From assembly GCA_048013815.1 (NCBI GenBank), contig CM106586.1, positions 558,001-622,000 on the forward strand: DNA of 64,000 nucleotides. Direction: 5' to 3'. The position numbers and the translations under genes are program-made. Shown here one piece after another: positions 1-11,692 of this stretch. The DNA is from Setoptus koraiensis. Its lineage: Eukaryota; Animalia; Arthropoda. Numbering within the stretch: position 1 is the first letter of the stretch; each line of letters starts with the position of its first letter. The notes under the pieces are model-generated. The model saw only the letters and a program-made list of their open reading frames with translations, was not told the DNA's origin and did not search any database.

Positions 1-9
1 GGCTTGAGT

Positions 10-509
10 NNNNNNNNNNNNNNNNNNNNNNNNNNNNNNNNNNNNNNNNNNNNNNNNNNNNNNNNNNNNNNNNNNNNNNNNNNNNNNNNNNNNNNNNNNN
101 NNNNNNNNNNNNNNNNNNNNNNNNNNNNNNNNNNNNNNNNNNNNNNNNNNNNNNNNNNNNNNNNNNNNNNNNNNNNNNNNNNNNNNNNNNNNNNNNNNNN
201 NNNNNNNNNNNNNNNNNNNNNNNNNNNNNNNNNNNNNNNNNNNNNNNNNNNNNNNNNNNNNNNNNNNNNNNNNNNNNNNNNNNNNNNNNNNNNNNNNNNN
301 NNNNNNNNNNNNNNNNNNNNNNNNNNNNNNNNNNNNNNNNNNNNNNNNNNNNNNNNNNNNNNNNNNNNNNNNNNNNNNNNNNNNNNNNNNNNNNNNNNNN
401 NNNNNNNNNNNNNNNNNNNNNNNNNNNNNNNNNNNNNNNNNNNNNNNNNNNNNNNNNNNNNNNNNNNNNNNNNNNNNNNNNNNNNNNNNNNNNNNNNNNN
501 NNNNNNNNN
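10..509. other. Assembly gap (500 N)
   Basis: Run of N; ORF 4..522 is an artefact. Confidence 1.
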
Positions 510-1179
510 CAAATCTCCATAAGGTTAGTATGTGTAATGTTTAGATACTTTAAAATCAATCAACCATCGATCAAATTGGACTAAGGTGCTGCGAAATTCC
601 CCACCATTGAAACAACCTTCTTCGTGCTCAACGAACAAATGATCTCTAGTCTCATTGTAGAACTCGAACCACGAATGTAAACAAGCTACAGAGCCAGCTA
701 TCTACACACGAGACTGTGAAGCAACAACATGTAAACAAATTTTGAACAGCTAGAATGTGATGATGAGGTGGCAGACTTAGATTTCGATCATATCTGTAGC
801 GCACTGTGTATTAGGAGGCGGAGCTACTTAAGTCTCAAACTAGTGTGTAGCCTACTGTGTGCTGAGGAGGCGGAGCTACTCAAGTCTCAAACTAGTGTGT
901 ACCCTACTGTGTGCTGAGGAGGTGGGGCGACTTAAGTCTTAATCAAGCTGTAGCCTACTGTGTGCTGAGGAGGCGGAGCTACTCAAGTCTCAAACTAGTG
1001 AGTACCCTACTGTGTGCTGAGGAGGTGGAGTGACTTAAGTCTCTAACTAGTATGTAGCTTTCTGTGTGCTAAGAAGGGGGCGTGACTCAAAATTGTAGGC
1101 TTGTGTGTGCATTGCCACCTCCATTCAGGATCCAACATCACTACATCATTAGCGCTTAATTAAAATTAAGCGCTAAAAA
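510..1179 (-). mobile_element. 5' part of non-autonomous Helentron (A' type) with perfect palindromic 5' terminus and short internal tandem repeats
   Basis: AGCGCTTAATT-AA-AATTAAGCGCT at 1151-1174 followed by A-run; internal CTACTGTGTGCTGAGGAGG repeats; closely similar sequence at about 50540-50764. Confidence 0.8.
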
Positions 1180-2061
1180 CGCGAGTCGCTAATAACCTGA
1201 AGAAATTGGTGAGTGCATTTAAAGAGCAATATATTCCACTGTCTGAGAGAAGGAATATTGCTCGTGAACTACAACAAAGGATGCAGTTAAGAGAAGAGTA
1301 TGTGGGTAATTTTATCTCAGACTTGAACAAGTTGTGTTCTGACTATGATAAGAACATGTCTGAAGCCGACAGAGTTGACAGAATCATGTGGAAACTCCTT
1401 CCGGAGTTTTTCCCGAACATCGCTGAAGATGAAATCAGCACAGTTGGAGAATTGAAACGTAAGGCAGTCAATATCGCAGAAGGTTTGAAGAAGAAAGAAG
1501 GTAAAAGCATCATGGCAGTGATCAATAACGATGATCGCAGTAAACTGAGAGGTGGTCAGCAGCGAAATAGATACCAAAAGAAGCCCAGTTGGAACTATAA
1601 TCAACAACGGTCTCAACAACAACAGCAGTACCAACAACAACAGCAGTACCAACAACAACAGCAGTACCAACCACAACATGAACAAAACATTAAGTTGAGA
1701 AGAAACCAAACAAATGAAGATAGACCTGTTAAGTGCTATACTTGTGGTGAATTTGGGCACATTAGTACGAATTGCTCGACCAATCGGAACGTCAGCACAC
1801 CTCAAAATAAAGAAGGTGTTGACAGAAGAAATAATCCAAATCATGTCGTTTTTAGAAAAGATATGTCGAAAGTAATGTGCTATAATTGCCAATCTTTCGG
1901 ACACATATCGAGAAATTGCCCAATGACAAAACCAATGAAGGTCGACACAGATAATGAAAATAAGCAAACGGAATGCGAAGCGGGGCCCAGTAGGCAACAA
2001 AATGTTATAAACTATTCAGTCAACATGTTACAACCAGCCTTACCAGATGCGGTTACTGTTA
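1180..2061 (+). pseudogene. gag: Gypsy-type gag fragment (capsid C-terminal part, Q-rich tract, two CCHC zinc knuckles)
   Basis: ORF 1206..2072: CYTCGEFGHISTNC and CYNCQSFGHISRNC; cut at both sides by Helentron 5' termini. Confidence 0.9.
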
Positions 2062-3999
2062 TTAGCGCTTAATTTTAATTAAGGGCTTATGATGTAGTGT
2101 TGTTGGATCCTATAAATCACGCATGAATATCCACGCACGGTATGATGGTGGATACTTAATTCGTGCATTTCATAGGATATTCACCAATTGTGCTATGGTG
2201 ATTCACGCGCTGTGTGCTTGTGAATACTCCGACTTTGTATGCCAGTGAATATCCACGTACCGATTTATTTGTGGATATTCACAGTTTTCGATCTTGAGAG
2301 TCACGCGCTGTGTGCTTGCATACATTAGCACTAGCATAATCAGTGCTTAGTGAGTGTGTAGGCAGGAATGTGCTTGGGAGGTGGGAGGTACACTCAAGCT
2401 TGAGATTCGAAAGTTCGTCCACCTCCCAAACACACATTTACTAGGGAGGTGGATTGAATTTTGAGTCTCGGGCTCATGTCTAGTTAGGAGGTGGACCGAA
2501 GCTATAACGAGATAGGTTTAGCTACTCAAAATAGCGTGGGGCGACTCATGCTTGGGAGGTGGACTAGCTTGAGCTTAAACAATAAGTTCACCTCCTGAGC
2601 ATGCAACAACCTACATACAAGTTTGAGACTCGAAGGTTCGTCCACCTCCCAAACACACATTTCAGGGAGGTGAATTGAATTTTAAGTCCCAGGCTCATGC
2701 AGAGGTTAATGTATTGTGAGGAGATGGATCGATGCTATACACGATCTGTGCAAGTCTTATCAATTTTCTGTTTCTAGTATTGGCGCTATAGGCCATATTG
2801 TGGCACATGTGCCCATACATTATGTGCGATTTTCAAAACTGTTCCCACCAGGATAAATTCTTGAAACTTTCTAGAGACAGCAAGCACTGTGCCATACACA
2901 ATCTTTGCAAGTCTGATCAATTTTCTGTTTCTAGTATTGGCGCTATAGGCCATATTGTGGCACATGTGTCTCTACATTATGTGCGATTTTTGAAACTGTT
3001 CTCACCAGGATAAATTCTTGAAACTTTCTAGAGACAGCAAGCACTGTGCCATACACGATCTGTGCAAGTCTGATCAATTTTCTGTTTCTAGTATTGGCGC
3101 TATAGGCAACTCAGGATCATGTTAGCTCATTCAATACATCTGATTTCTGATCACATGTGAATATGGTGATATTTGAACATGTTCCCACCTATCCGTTTTG
3201 ATGATATTGCGTGTGTGTGTTGTATATGTTACTCGCAACATTCTGTGCTAGTATGATCAGCCATCAATAGGTCGTTTTCGAGACAGAGAAAAATTTCGGA
3301 TGACGGATGTCATGTATAGTCATCAATTTCTGAACATGTTCCCACCTATCCGTTTTGATGATACTGCGTGTGTGTGTTTTGCATGTTGCTCGCCACATTC
3401 TGTGCTAGTATGATCAGCCATCAATAGGTCGTTTTTGAGACAGAGAAAAATTTCGGATGACGGATGTCATGTATAGTCATCAATTTCTGAACATGTTCCC
3501 ACCTATCCGTTTTGATGATACTGCGTGTGTGTGTTGTGCATGTTGCTCGCAACATTTTGTGCAAGTATTACATTATGTGCGATTTTTGAAACTGTTCTCA
3601 CCAGGATAAATTCTCGAAACTTTCTAGAGACAGCAAGCACTGTGCCATACACGATCTGTGCAAGTTTTATCAATTTTCTGTTTCTAGTATTGGCGCTATG
3701 GACAATTCTGGATCATGTTAGCTCATTCAATACATGTGATTTCTGATCACATGTGCCCATACATTATGTGCAATTTTCGAAACTGTTCTGTTTCTAGTAT
3801 TGGCGATATAGGCCATTTTGTGGCACATGTTCTTCCACAGTATGTTCAATTTTCGAAACTGTTCTCACCAGGATAAATTCTTGAAAAACTTTCTAGTGAC
3901 AGCTAGCACTTATCACTTCTTAATAAACTGTCCAAACCTCTAAGATTGTTCACTGGAAAAATTAAGCGCTCTTATACTGGTATAATCAGTATAACTTGT
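2062..3999 (+). mobile_element. Complete non-autonomous Helentron (type A), about 1.94 kb, with internal 157-bp and longer tandem repeats
   Basis: 5' TT-AGCGCTTAATTTTAATTAAGGGCT; 3' AATTAAGCGCT + TTATACTG-N7-CAGTATAA hairpin + CTTGT; no TSD; removal restores the gag-protease frame; 5' 700 bp nearly identical to 61061-61760. Confidence 0.9.
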
Positions 4000-4176
4000 A
4001 ATTAATGGTGTAACAATCGAGGCGTTGGCTGATAGCGGAGCTGCCGTATCATGCATTGATGAAAAGTTAGTCCCGAGACTACAACTGGAAGTGAATTTGA
4101 AGGTCCCACTTAACTTCAACACGGCTGGACCAGGATTGATGCAAACAACTGGTGTATCTACTACTGAACTTACAGT
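4000..4176 (+). pseudogene. Retrotransposon aspartic protease fragment, continuation of the gag at 1180-2061
   Basis: INGVTIEALADSGAAVSCID (D-S-G catalytic motif). Confidence 0.85.
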
Positions 4177-5030
4177 AACAAGTAATACTGATCGAATCAG
4201 TATTTCGAGCGCTTAATTTTTCGTGTGGACAAGTATTGTTGAAGGATTCAAAGGAGTTTATTACAACCTGTTAACCACCGAACTTCAAAATGTGACCATC
4301 GAACATAGACCATCGAACACTGACCACCGAACATCGAACGAGCAGATGGAACTGTCATCAGAAATTCGAATTTTCAATTTCGAAGTTCGAATTGTGACCA
4401 TCGAACTTCGAATTGTGACCAGCGAACTCCGTATCGTGACCATCGAACTCTGTACAAGCACCTGGAACTCGTATCGGAAATTCGAATTTTCAATTTCGAA
4501 TTTCCAAGTTCGACGTTCGGAATTTGACCATCGAACCTCGACAGAGCAGATTAAACTATCATTAGGAATTCGAATTTTCAATTTTCGAATTTCGAATTGT
4601 GACCATCGAATTGTGACTATCGAACATCGAACTCTGACCATCGAACATAGAACAAGCATCTGAAACTCTCATCAGGAATTCGAATTTCGAAGTTCGAATT
4701 GTGACCATCGAATTGTGACCATCGAACTGAGAACTGTGACCATCGAACATCGAACGAGCAGATGAAACTATCATTGGGAATTCAAATTTTCAATTTTCGA
4801 ATTTCGAATTTTGAAGTTCGAAGTTCGAATTGTGACCATCGAATTGTGACTATCGAACATCAAACTCTGACCATCGAACATCGAACGAGCAGCTGTAACT
4901 CTTATCAGAAATCCGAATTTTCAATTTCGAATTTCGAAGTTCGAATTGCGACCATCGAATTGTGACCACCGAACTCTGACCATCGAACATCGAACGAGCA
5001 GATGAAATTCTTATGAGAAATTCGAATTTT
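4177..5030 (-). mobile_element. 3' half of non-autonomous Helentron (type B) with TCGAA-rich minisatellite
   Basis: AACAAGT-AATACTGAT-CGA-ATCAGTATT-TCG-AGCGCTTAATTTT at 4177-4220; matches the reverse complement of the 10481-11692 element. Confidence 0.85.
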
Positions 5031-5637
5031 TCAGTTTTATTATAGAAGAATATGATTGGCAACAAAAACTTGATATTTTTGGGGTGGCAGAGCGGCCTCA
5101 GGCCTCGACCGAAATTCGAGAATCCATTACCAGATCGATCAGCTGATTGATCAGCATCAGCGCCATCTGGTGGATCGCTCGAATCCAGGCGCGAATTTGA
5201 ATTTTTTTTTCGTGTCGCTGTTCATGGTGTTGTGTCGTTGTTCTTAATATTCGTTGTTTTTACTATTCGTTGTTCTTAATAGTCGTTGTTCTGAGTTTCG
5301 TTGGAATCTTTTTCGGTGAAACGATTTTCGACGAAACGTACCTTTTTCGTTGTTTTAGTTTGTCGTTGAACTGTATCGTCGTTGAACCTAGCCTGTCGTT
5401 GAAATGTCTGCAACCCCAGCAATGCTGTGCCTTTTATACTGTCGCACAGCATGGCTCATCCGTCGCGCAGTGTGCAACCCGTATACAGCTAAAGTGAGAG
5501 AGAACGTAACTACCAACATTCCCCCCACGTTCTCTCGATTCTAAGAGACTAGCCAAGCGGAGTTGGTTCTTTGTATAATTTGCTGTATAGGGAGGCACCC
5601 CCTCTAGCTTTGCTTTCATCTTCTGCTTCCTCTTTTA

Positions 5638-7020
5638 GGGTGTTGTAGCGAACTGGGCGTAGTTCAGATCGCGACGAAACTCACAGTGTGAGTACCTTGG
5701 AGGTCCCTGATGAAAAATTTTTTTAGACCGGAAGTGTAGAAACCACTGCTTCCGGTTTTAGCCTCGGCTTCAAGCTAGAAACTTGAAACTTGGTAAGTCG
5801 GTATATTCGACCACACCTAGTCCAATGAGATAGATTTCGGATTTCTATAACTTCCGGTTGCAGGGATATTTAGGAATTTCATGCAGATTAACGTATTCAG
5901 ACGGTGCTTGCGCGAACCCTGAGCCTAGCTGGCTGGAGCAAGGTTAATTGAGCACATAATTGGTCGAAACCCGACCCGATCACGGGCCCCGCCCACTCGA
6001 CCCCCAGTCCTCGGGAAGAATCTTTTTTAGTTAGGTGGCCGTCAGTCGTCCCGCCGGAGGCCGCAGGCCGTAGGCGTGGACGACTGGAGGCCGGACCCCT
6101 CCTTCGGCCCGGGCCCAAGATGCATGGCAGACGGAAGGGCTATTGTATATTATGCACAAGTGAGCATGGGTACCCCGCGTACATCGTGCTACCCGCAACG
6201 GTCATGCCGCATTCATGCGGTTGTGATTATTACCCTCGCGTAGCCTATTGCATACTCGGATACCCGAAATACCCGGGTAAATTGCAGTATCGCAAATCGG
6301 GTTCATTTTCACACTTCCGGTATACAATTTCTGAGATTATTATACTTGTCTGTACCTGGCTGTATCAAAAATACTTTCAAAAAAAGCAGTGGGAACCGCT
6401 AGCGGTCGTCGGGTATCTCAAAACGCCCACTGTGCGGTACCTCGGGTAACTCGACAACCGTAAATTTCTACATCTTATAAATACCCATTCGGGTATCAGG
6501 GCACTAGACCCTACCCAAAAATACCCATGGACGACTGGAGGCCGAACCCCTCCTCCGGCCCGGGCCCAAGATGCATGGCAGACGGAAGGGCTATTGTATA
6601 TTATATACGAGTGAGCATGGGTACCCCTCGTACCTCGTGCTACCCGCAACGGTCATGCCGCACTCATGCGGTTGTGATTAATACCCTCGCGTAGCCTATT
6701 ACATACTCGGATACCCGAAATACCTTGGTAAACCCTGGTATCGCACCTCGGGTTCATTTTCACACTTCCGGTATAGTATTTCTGAGCTCAGAATACTCGA
6801 CTGTACCTTGCTGTAACAAAAATACCTTAAAAAAAAGCAGTGGGAACCGCTAGCGGTCGTCGGGTATCTCAAAACGCCCACTGTGCGGTACCTCGGGTAA
6901 CTCGGAAACCGTAAGTTTCTACATATTATAAATACCCATTCTGGTATCAGGGTACTATACCCTACCCAAAAATACCCAAAATACCCAGATCGGATCTACG
7001 CCCACTTCGCAAGTATAACC
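5638..7020. mobile_element. GG-terminated MITE-like element with about 32-bp imperfect TIRs and an internal duplication
   Basis: GGGTGTTGTAGCGAACTGGGCGTAGTTCAGATC ... GATCGGATCTACGCCCACTTCGCAAGTATAACC; no TSD at this copy. Confidence 0.75.
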
Positions 7021-7152
7021 GGCGTTAGTAGTGTCGGGCGGAGAGAGCGTCATCGCTTTTGAAGGAATCGCAAAGGTCTTCCATTCAGTGAACAGTTTGG
7101 ATGTGTCCAAGTATTATTACAGTGAGGCAACATCGCTCGCGAGCCACAGTTA

Positions 7153-7470
7153 ATGTTTAAGAAAGAATTCAGAAGCTTCTGGACAAGTTGGTTGAACCTC
7201 CTATTCGCCAGAGGCATTGCCGTAGATGTTTGCCACGTTTACCGGAATCTAGGCTTCTGCAACCGTCAGGCTTGCACATACTGCCGCGCTGATAGAGAGG
7301 AAGAGGCTTTCATCAAGATGAGTAGAGGAAACGTTCCTGACTGCCGAGAATTCTATGTGAAAACGCAAGCGTTCAAGATGGATAAACATGTTTGCATAGA
7401 CTATTTTGCTGGGCACTGTTTTCGCAGATTCTGCGAGCTATCTCATCCTGTGTTGAGAGACATCGCCTGA
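7153..7470 (+). CDS. Small CCCH zinc-finger ORF or fragment (ZC3H10/muscleblind-like spacing)
   Basis: VCIDYFAGHCFRRFCELSHP fits C-x7-C-x4-C-x3-H; a degenerate finger CHVYRNLGFCNRQACTYC lies upstream. Confidence 0.5.
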   Translation: MFKKEFRSFWTSWLNLLFARGIAVDVCHVYRNLGFCNRQACTYCRADREEEAFIKMSRGNVPDCREFYVKTQAFKMDKHVCIDYFAGHCFRRFCELSHPVLRDIA

Positions 7471-7664
7471 ATCGAAATACTGATTTGATGAGTAATACTT
7501 GTTATATTTGCGTTGATATTATCGAGGCTATCAAGGTATTCTGCCATCAATATGGCAGATGCCGTATTTAGTTTGTTTCCCGCCTCGATAGCCACGATCT
7601 CCTTGGCGAACTTCCCAAGTTTCAAGACAAAAGGTTTTGGTTATTCTATCTAATAGCGCCACAC

Positions 7665-7763
7665 TTTTTAGCGCTTAATTTTAATTAAGTAGCTATTGAT
7701 GTGGTTCGGATGGATACGTTTATTCACGTGGGTAGAACAAATCAGTGCTTTTTATAACCAGAA
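7665..7763 (+). mobile_element. 5' stub (about 100 bp) of type C Helentron
   Basis: TTTTT-AGCGCTTAATTTTAATTAAGTAGCT then ATTCACGTGGGTAGAACAAATCAGTGCT, as at 44180. Confidence 0.85.
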
Positions 7764-8240
7764 AACAAGTTATACTGATTATACCAGTATAAGAGCGCTT
7801 AATTTTTCCAGTGAACGATCTTAGAGGTTTGGACAGTTTATTAAGTAGTGATAAGTGCTAGCTGTCTCTAGAAAGTTTCTGAAATTTATCCGGATGAGAA
7901 CAGTTCCAAAAATGTAACGTGATGTATGGGCATACCTGATCAGATATCATAAACATAGTATGAGCTCACATGATCCAGAATGGCCTATAGCGCCAATACT
8001 AAAGACAGAAAATTGGTTATGAGTTGACTGAGTATCATCAAAACGGATAGGTGGGAACATGTTCAGATATCACGATATTCACATTACATCCGTCATTTCC
8101 GAATTTTCCGAAATTTCTTTCTGTCTCGAAAACGACCTATTGATGGCTGATCATACTAGCATAGAATGTTGCGAGAAACATGCACAACACACACACACAG
8201 AGTATCATCAAAACGGATAGGTGTGAACATGTTCAGATAT
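7764..8240 (-). mobile_element. 3' part of type A Helentron inserted in the A-run of the type C stub
   Basis: AACAAG-TTATACTG..CAGTATAA-G-AGCGCTTAATT, reverse complement of 3900-3999; 157-bp satellite units follow. Confidence 0.85.
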
Positions 8241-8283
8241 CTAGACATTTACATGATTTACATGATTAAAATTGAGTGCAATC

Positions 8284-8709
8284 AGTTACGCAGGGCTCAG
8301 CGTTTGAACGATCTCGTTACGCAGGCCTCGCAGGGAGAGAAGACACCGGATATTGAATGTAGTGCATATGTGTATTTGTTGCGTGCTACAGTGATTTGTG
8401 CAATTTATCTCGAGAGATACTAGTCAAATGGAGTTTCGATCACGACTGATCTTACGAGATCAGTCGCGCATTTATTTATAGGGGCATTCTGCTGAGGTCA
8501 GCAGAATGCCCTATTTACACTGACTTAAGTATGGCGCTCACTTGTCGCGCCTGGCGCGGCAAGTGCGCGCCTTACATCTTGTAATGATCACACCGTGGTG
8601 TGTTAACTGTGGCGCGCATTAGTCGCGCCTGGCCGTGCTCTATGGTGTTTACGCCACCATGCACGGCCATAGCGTGGCTAGTGCGCGCCTTAGTGCTTGG
8701 AGCACTACA
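8284..8709 (-). mobile_element. 3' LTR of env-bearing Gypsy element, with polypurine tract at 8710-8718
   Basis: Minus strand reads ACGGGGGGT then TGTAGTG...; TATAAATAAA at 8471-8480; homologous to 43102-43337; distal boundary uncertain. Confidence 0.7.
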
Positions 8710-8745
8710 ACCCCCCGTGTATGAAATCGTTGACCTCAACGATTC

Positions 8746-10480
8746 CTATACGTTTCTGATTCCTGCGTGTATGCTTCGTCTCCGTGGCCGCTCCTCTAAT
8801 TTCCTGTATTGGGTTCTATCTCTTCCCATAGGTCTTGTTAGCGTCCATGCGATTACGCTGTATATTGGTCTTAATATTTTGCCAAAAATGATGAGTAATA
8901 TTATTGAAAAGATCACAATACCTATTTCTATAGCGTATTCGATCGTGGTGAAGACCTTCTTTATGTTGCCTCTGAGGTGAGTTATAGCGGTAGTTATTGT
9001 ACTGTTGTCGAACATCTTTTTGATCGGAACGAGCTGTTCTTTGATTGCAACTAAGGATCCATTATTGTTGTAATCGTGGATTAGCTTGTCCATTTTTGAC
9101 TCAATGTTGATAATTTGGTCTTTGATGTCGATATCGCCGTTTTGATAACCCAACTTTGAGTTTATCTCTTCGCTATATACAATGCCTATGTTTAGAACCT
9201 CATGAACTTCTCTATGATTGGCTTGGTGTTTTATGAATATTTTCTTGTTTGTTGCGTCGAGTACGGTAAAACTCGTCATTCTTGTGAGGCTGAAGGGGTA
9301 ATTTGGGCACTTGTGAGTGTCACCTTCAATTTCTATGTTGTATGTATAGCAATATATGTGGGAGTGTTCACGGGTGACATAATGTTGGGGTCGGGTTGTA
9401 ATTTCTTCGATTTTGTTGTGACACGATGATTTATCAGGTTCGAACATTTCATCTATTTTGAATGTGGTTTCATCTTTTTCAGGGCAAGCGAATGGTATTG
9501 TATTTTCTTGTTCTACCACCTCTTTTGTAAGTGGGTGGGTACAAGATGATGTTCTGTTATAAAGGACGTAAGCTGGGCCTTTGTATTCCATGTTGCAGAA
9601 TTGGCCGTTGCTAGTTTTGTTGATGTAATTAAATGGTGTTGGATCATATGCGCTTGTCCAAGTATCTTCTTCGAATGACCTAATGCCTATATGGAAATAT
9701 CCAGGTTCTATCATCATACAACTTGTGGGAGTGGGGTTATTTCCCATCTTCATTCTATCGTTTATTTTTAGAATGCTCCAGAATCTGTTGTGGATAGATC
9801 CTGGCCAGGCGTCACGTACCGTTTTGATATCGTTGCTGACTTGTATGAGTCCTGACGCTATTGTGGTTAAGTATGCCATCATATCTTGGGAGTGGGCAAT
9901 CTTATCATCTATGTTCTTGTTGACTTGTTGTACTAGTGCCATTATCTCTTTCATTGAGTTTGATTGCGCTGAAATCACCATTTCTGTGTTCATCAATCTT
10001 TCATTCGCTGCTGTGACTGCTCGTTGCAGTTCTTTCATGACATTTGCATTGTTTTCGAACGTTGATTGTATCTGTGGGACGGTGTGGAAGTATGTCACAG
10101 CGTCGATGACTACTGAAGCGCAGGTAATGGCTCCTATGATAAGAGGTACGGCTCTTTTATGCCTGCGTTTGTAGTCTTGTATTACCCATTCGGGGTTAGG
10201 GTCAGTTGTACCGTAGGACCGGTAGTCGGCTTGTCTTTTGAAGACTAGCCCCTCGTCATATGTAATCTGGCTGTAACTATTATAGTTTGGGGCTTGATGA
10301 GGTTTGTCCTCATCCTGTGGTGGAGCTACGTATGGTCTGTTCATGGTAATCGGTTGGGCGTATGGTTTGTCTACGGTAAGTGGTTGAGTTAGGTACGGTT
10401 TGTCTACACTGAGTGGGTTTTCTTTATTGGTAGGAGGTGTAGAGGTGTGGCATATTTTGCTCATTTCATCCAGTATGTAA
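8746..10480 (-). pseudogene. env: Env (class I fusion glycoprotein) C-terminal part, interrupted by a Helentron insertion
   Basis: RRHKR furin site followed by hydrophobic AVPLIIGAITCASVVI, heptad region, Cys-rich domain, C-terminal TM helix IEIGIVIFSIILLIIFG; lies between pol and PPT/LTR. Confidence 0.9.
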
Positions 10481-11692
10481 TTTTTAGCGCTTAATTTTAA
10501 TTAAGCTGCTATTGGGGTGGTGATTATGACTACGTTTATTCACGTGACTATGTAATCCTATGGAGGTTTGACTTAGTCAAATTTGTGAGAATCCTGCTTG
10601 ACATTACACATGTATTCCGATGTAGATTCGACTTGGTCTATTATCCCTTCACTCGAAAATATTTCGTATGCAATTCTATGGAGATTTGACTAGGTCACAT
10701 TTGTGGGCAGTTCGGTGGTGACAAATCGAACTTCAAAATTGAAAATTCGAATTTCTGATAAGAGTTACAGCTGCTCGTTCGATGTTCGATGGTCAGAGTT
10801 TGATGTTCGATAGTCACAATTCGATGGTCACACTTCGAACTTCGAACTTCGAAATTCGAAATTGAAAATTCGAATTTCTGATGACATTTCCATCTGCTCG
10901 TTCGATGGTCGATGATCAGTGTTCGATGGTCAGTGTTCGATGGTCACAATTCGAAATTCGAAAATTGAAAATTCGAATTTCTGATGATAGTTTCAGCTGC
11001 TCGTTCGATGTTCGATGGTCAAAGTTCGATGGTCAATGTCCGATGGTCACATTTCGAAATTCGAAATTGAAAAATTCGAATTTCTGATGACAGTTTCATC
11101 GGCTCTGTCGAAGTTCGATGGTCAAAGTTCGATGGTCAATGTCCGATGGTCACATTTCGAAATTCGAAATTGAAAAATTCGAATTTCTGATGACAGTTTC
11201 ATCGGCTCTGTCGAAGTTCGGTGGTCAGAGTTCGGTGGTCAATGTTCGATGGTCACATTTCGAACTTCGAAATTCGAAATTGAAAAATTCGAATTTCTGA
11301 TGACAGTTTCATCGGCTCTGTCGAAGTTCGGTGGTCAGAGTTCGGTGGTCAATGTTCGATGGTCACATTTCGAACTTCGAAATTGAAAATTCGAATTTCC
11401 GATACGAGTTCCAGGTGCTTGTACATAGTTCAATGGTCACAATTTGAAGTTCGCTGGTGATAATTCGAACTTCGATGGTCACATTTCGAACTTAGAAATT
11501 CGAAATTGAAAATTCGAATTTCTGATGAAATTTCCATCTGCTCGTTCGATGTTCGATGGTCAATGTTCGATGGTCACATTTTGAAGTTCGGTGGTTAACA
11601 GGTTGTCATAAACTCCTTTGAATCCTTCAACAATACTTGTCCACACAAAAAATTAAGCGCTCGAAATACTGATTTGATCAGTATTACTTGTT
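10481..11692 (+). mobile_element. Complete non-autonomous Helentron (type B), about 1.21 kb
   Basis: 5' TTTTT-AGCGCTTAATTTTAATTAAGCTGCT; TCGAA satellite; 3' AATTAAGCGCT-CGA-AATACTGAT-TTG-ATCAGTATT-ACTTGTT; inserted in TT with no TSD. Confidence 0.92.

Noticed and set aside
4-522. ORFs spanning N runs (also 26413..27027)
   Set aside because: Gap artefacts
1151-1174. AGCGCTTAA-TTAAAA-TTAAGCGCT read as a tyrosine-recombinase site (9+6+9)
   Set aside because: No tyrosine recombinase ORF in the window; fully explained as subTIR plus adjacent inverted repeat, and most copies are imperfect in the second arm
1317-2000. Antisense ORFs overlapping TE genes (also 9683..10174, 39966..40355, 57760..58185)
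   Set aside because: Shadow frames of well-supported opposite-strand coding sequence
4223-5065. ORFs in TCGAA-rich regions (also near 10.9, 23.5, 29, 33.4, 47.4 and 51.4 kb)
   Set aside because: Products of minisatellite translation on both strands with no domain motifs
5159-5173. CTCF-like site AGCGCCATCTGGTGG
   Set aside because: A single motif match with no supporting context; cannot be called functional
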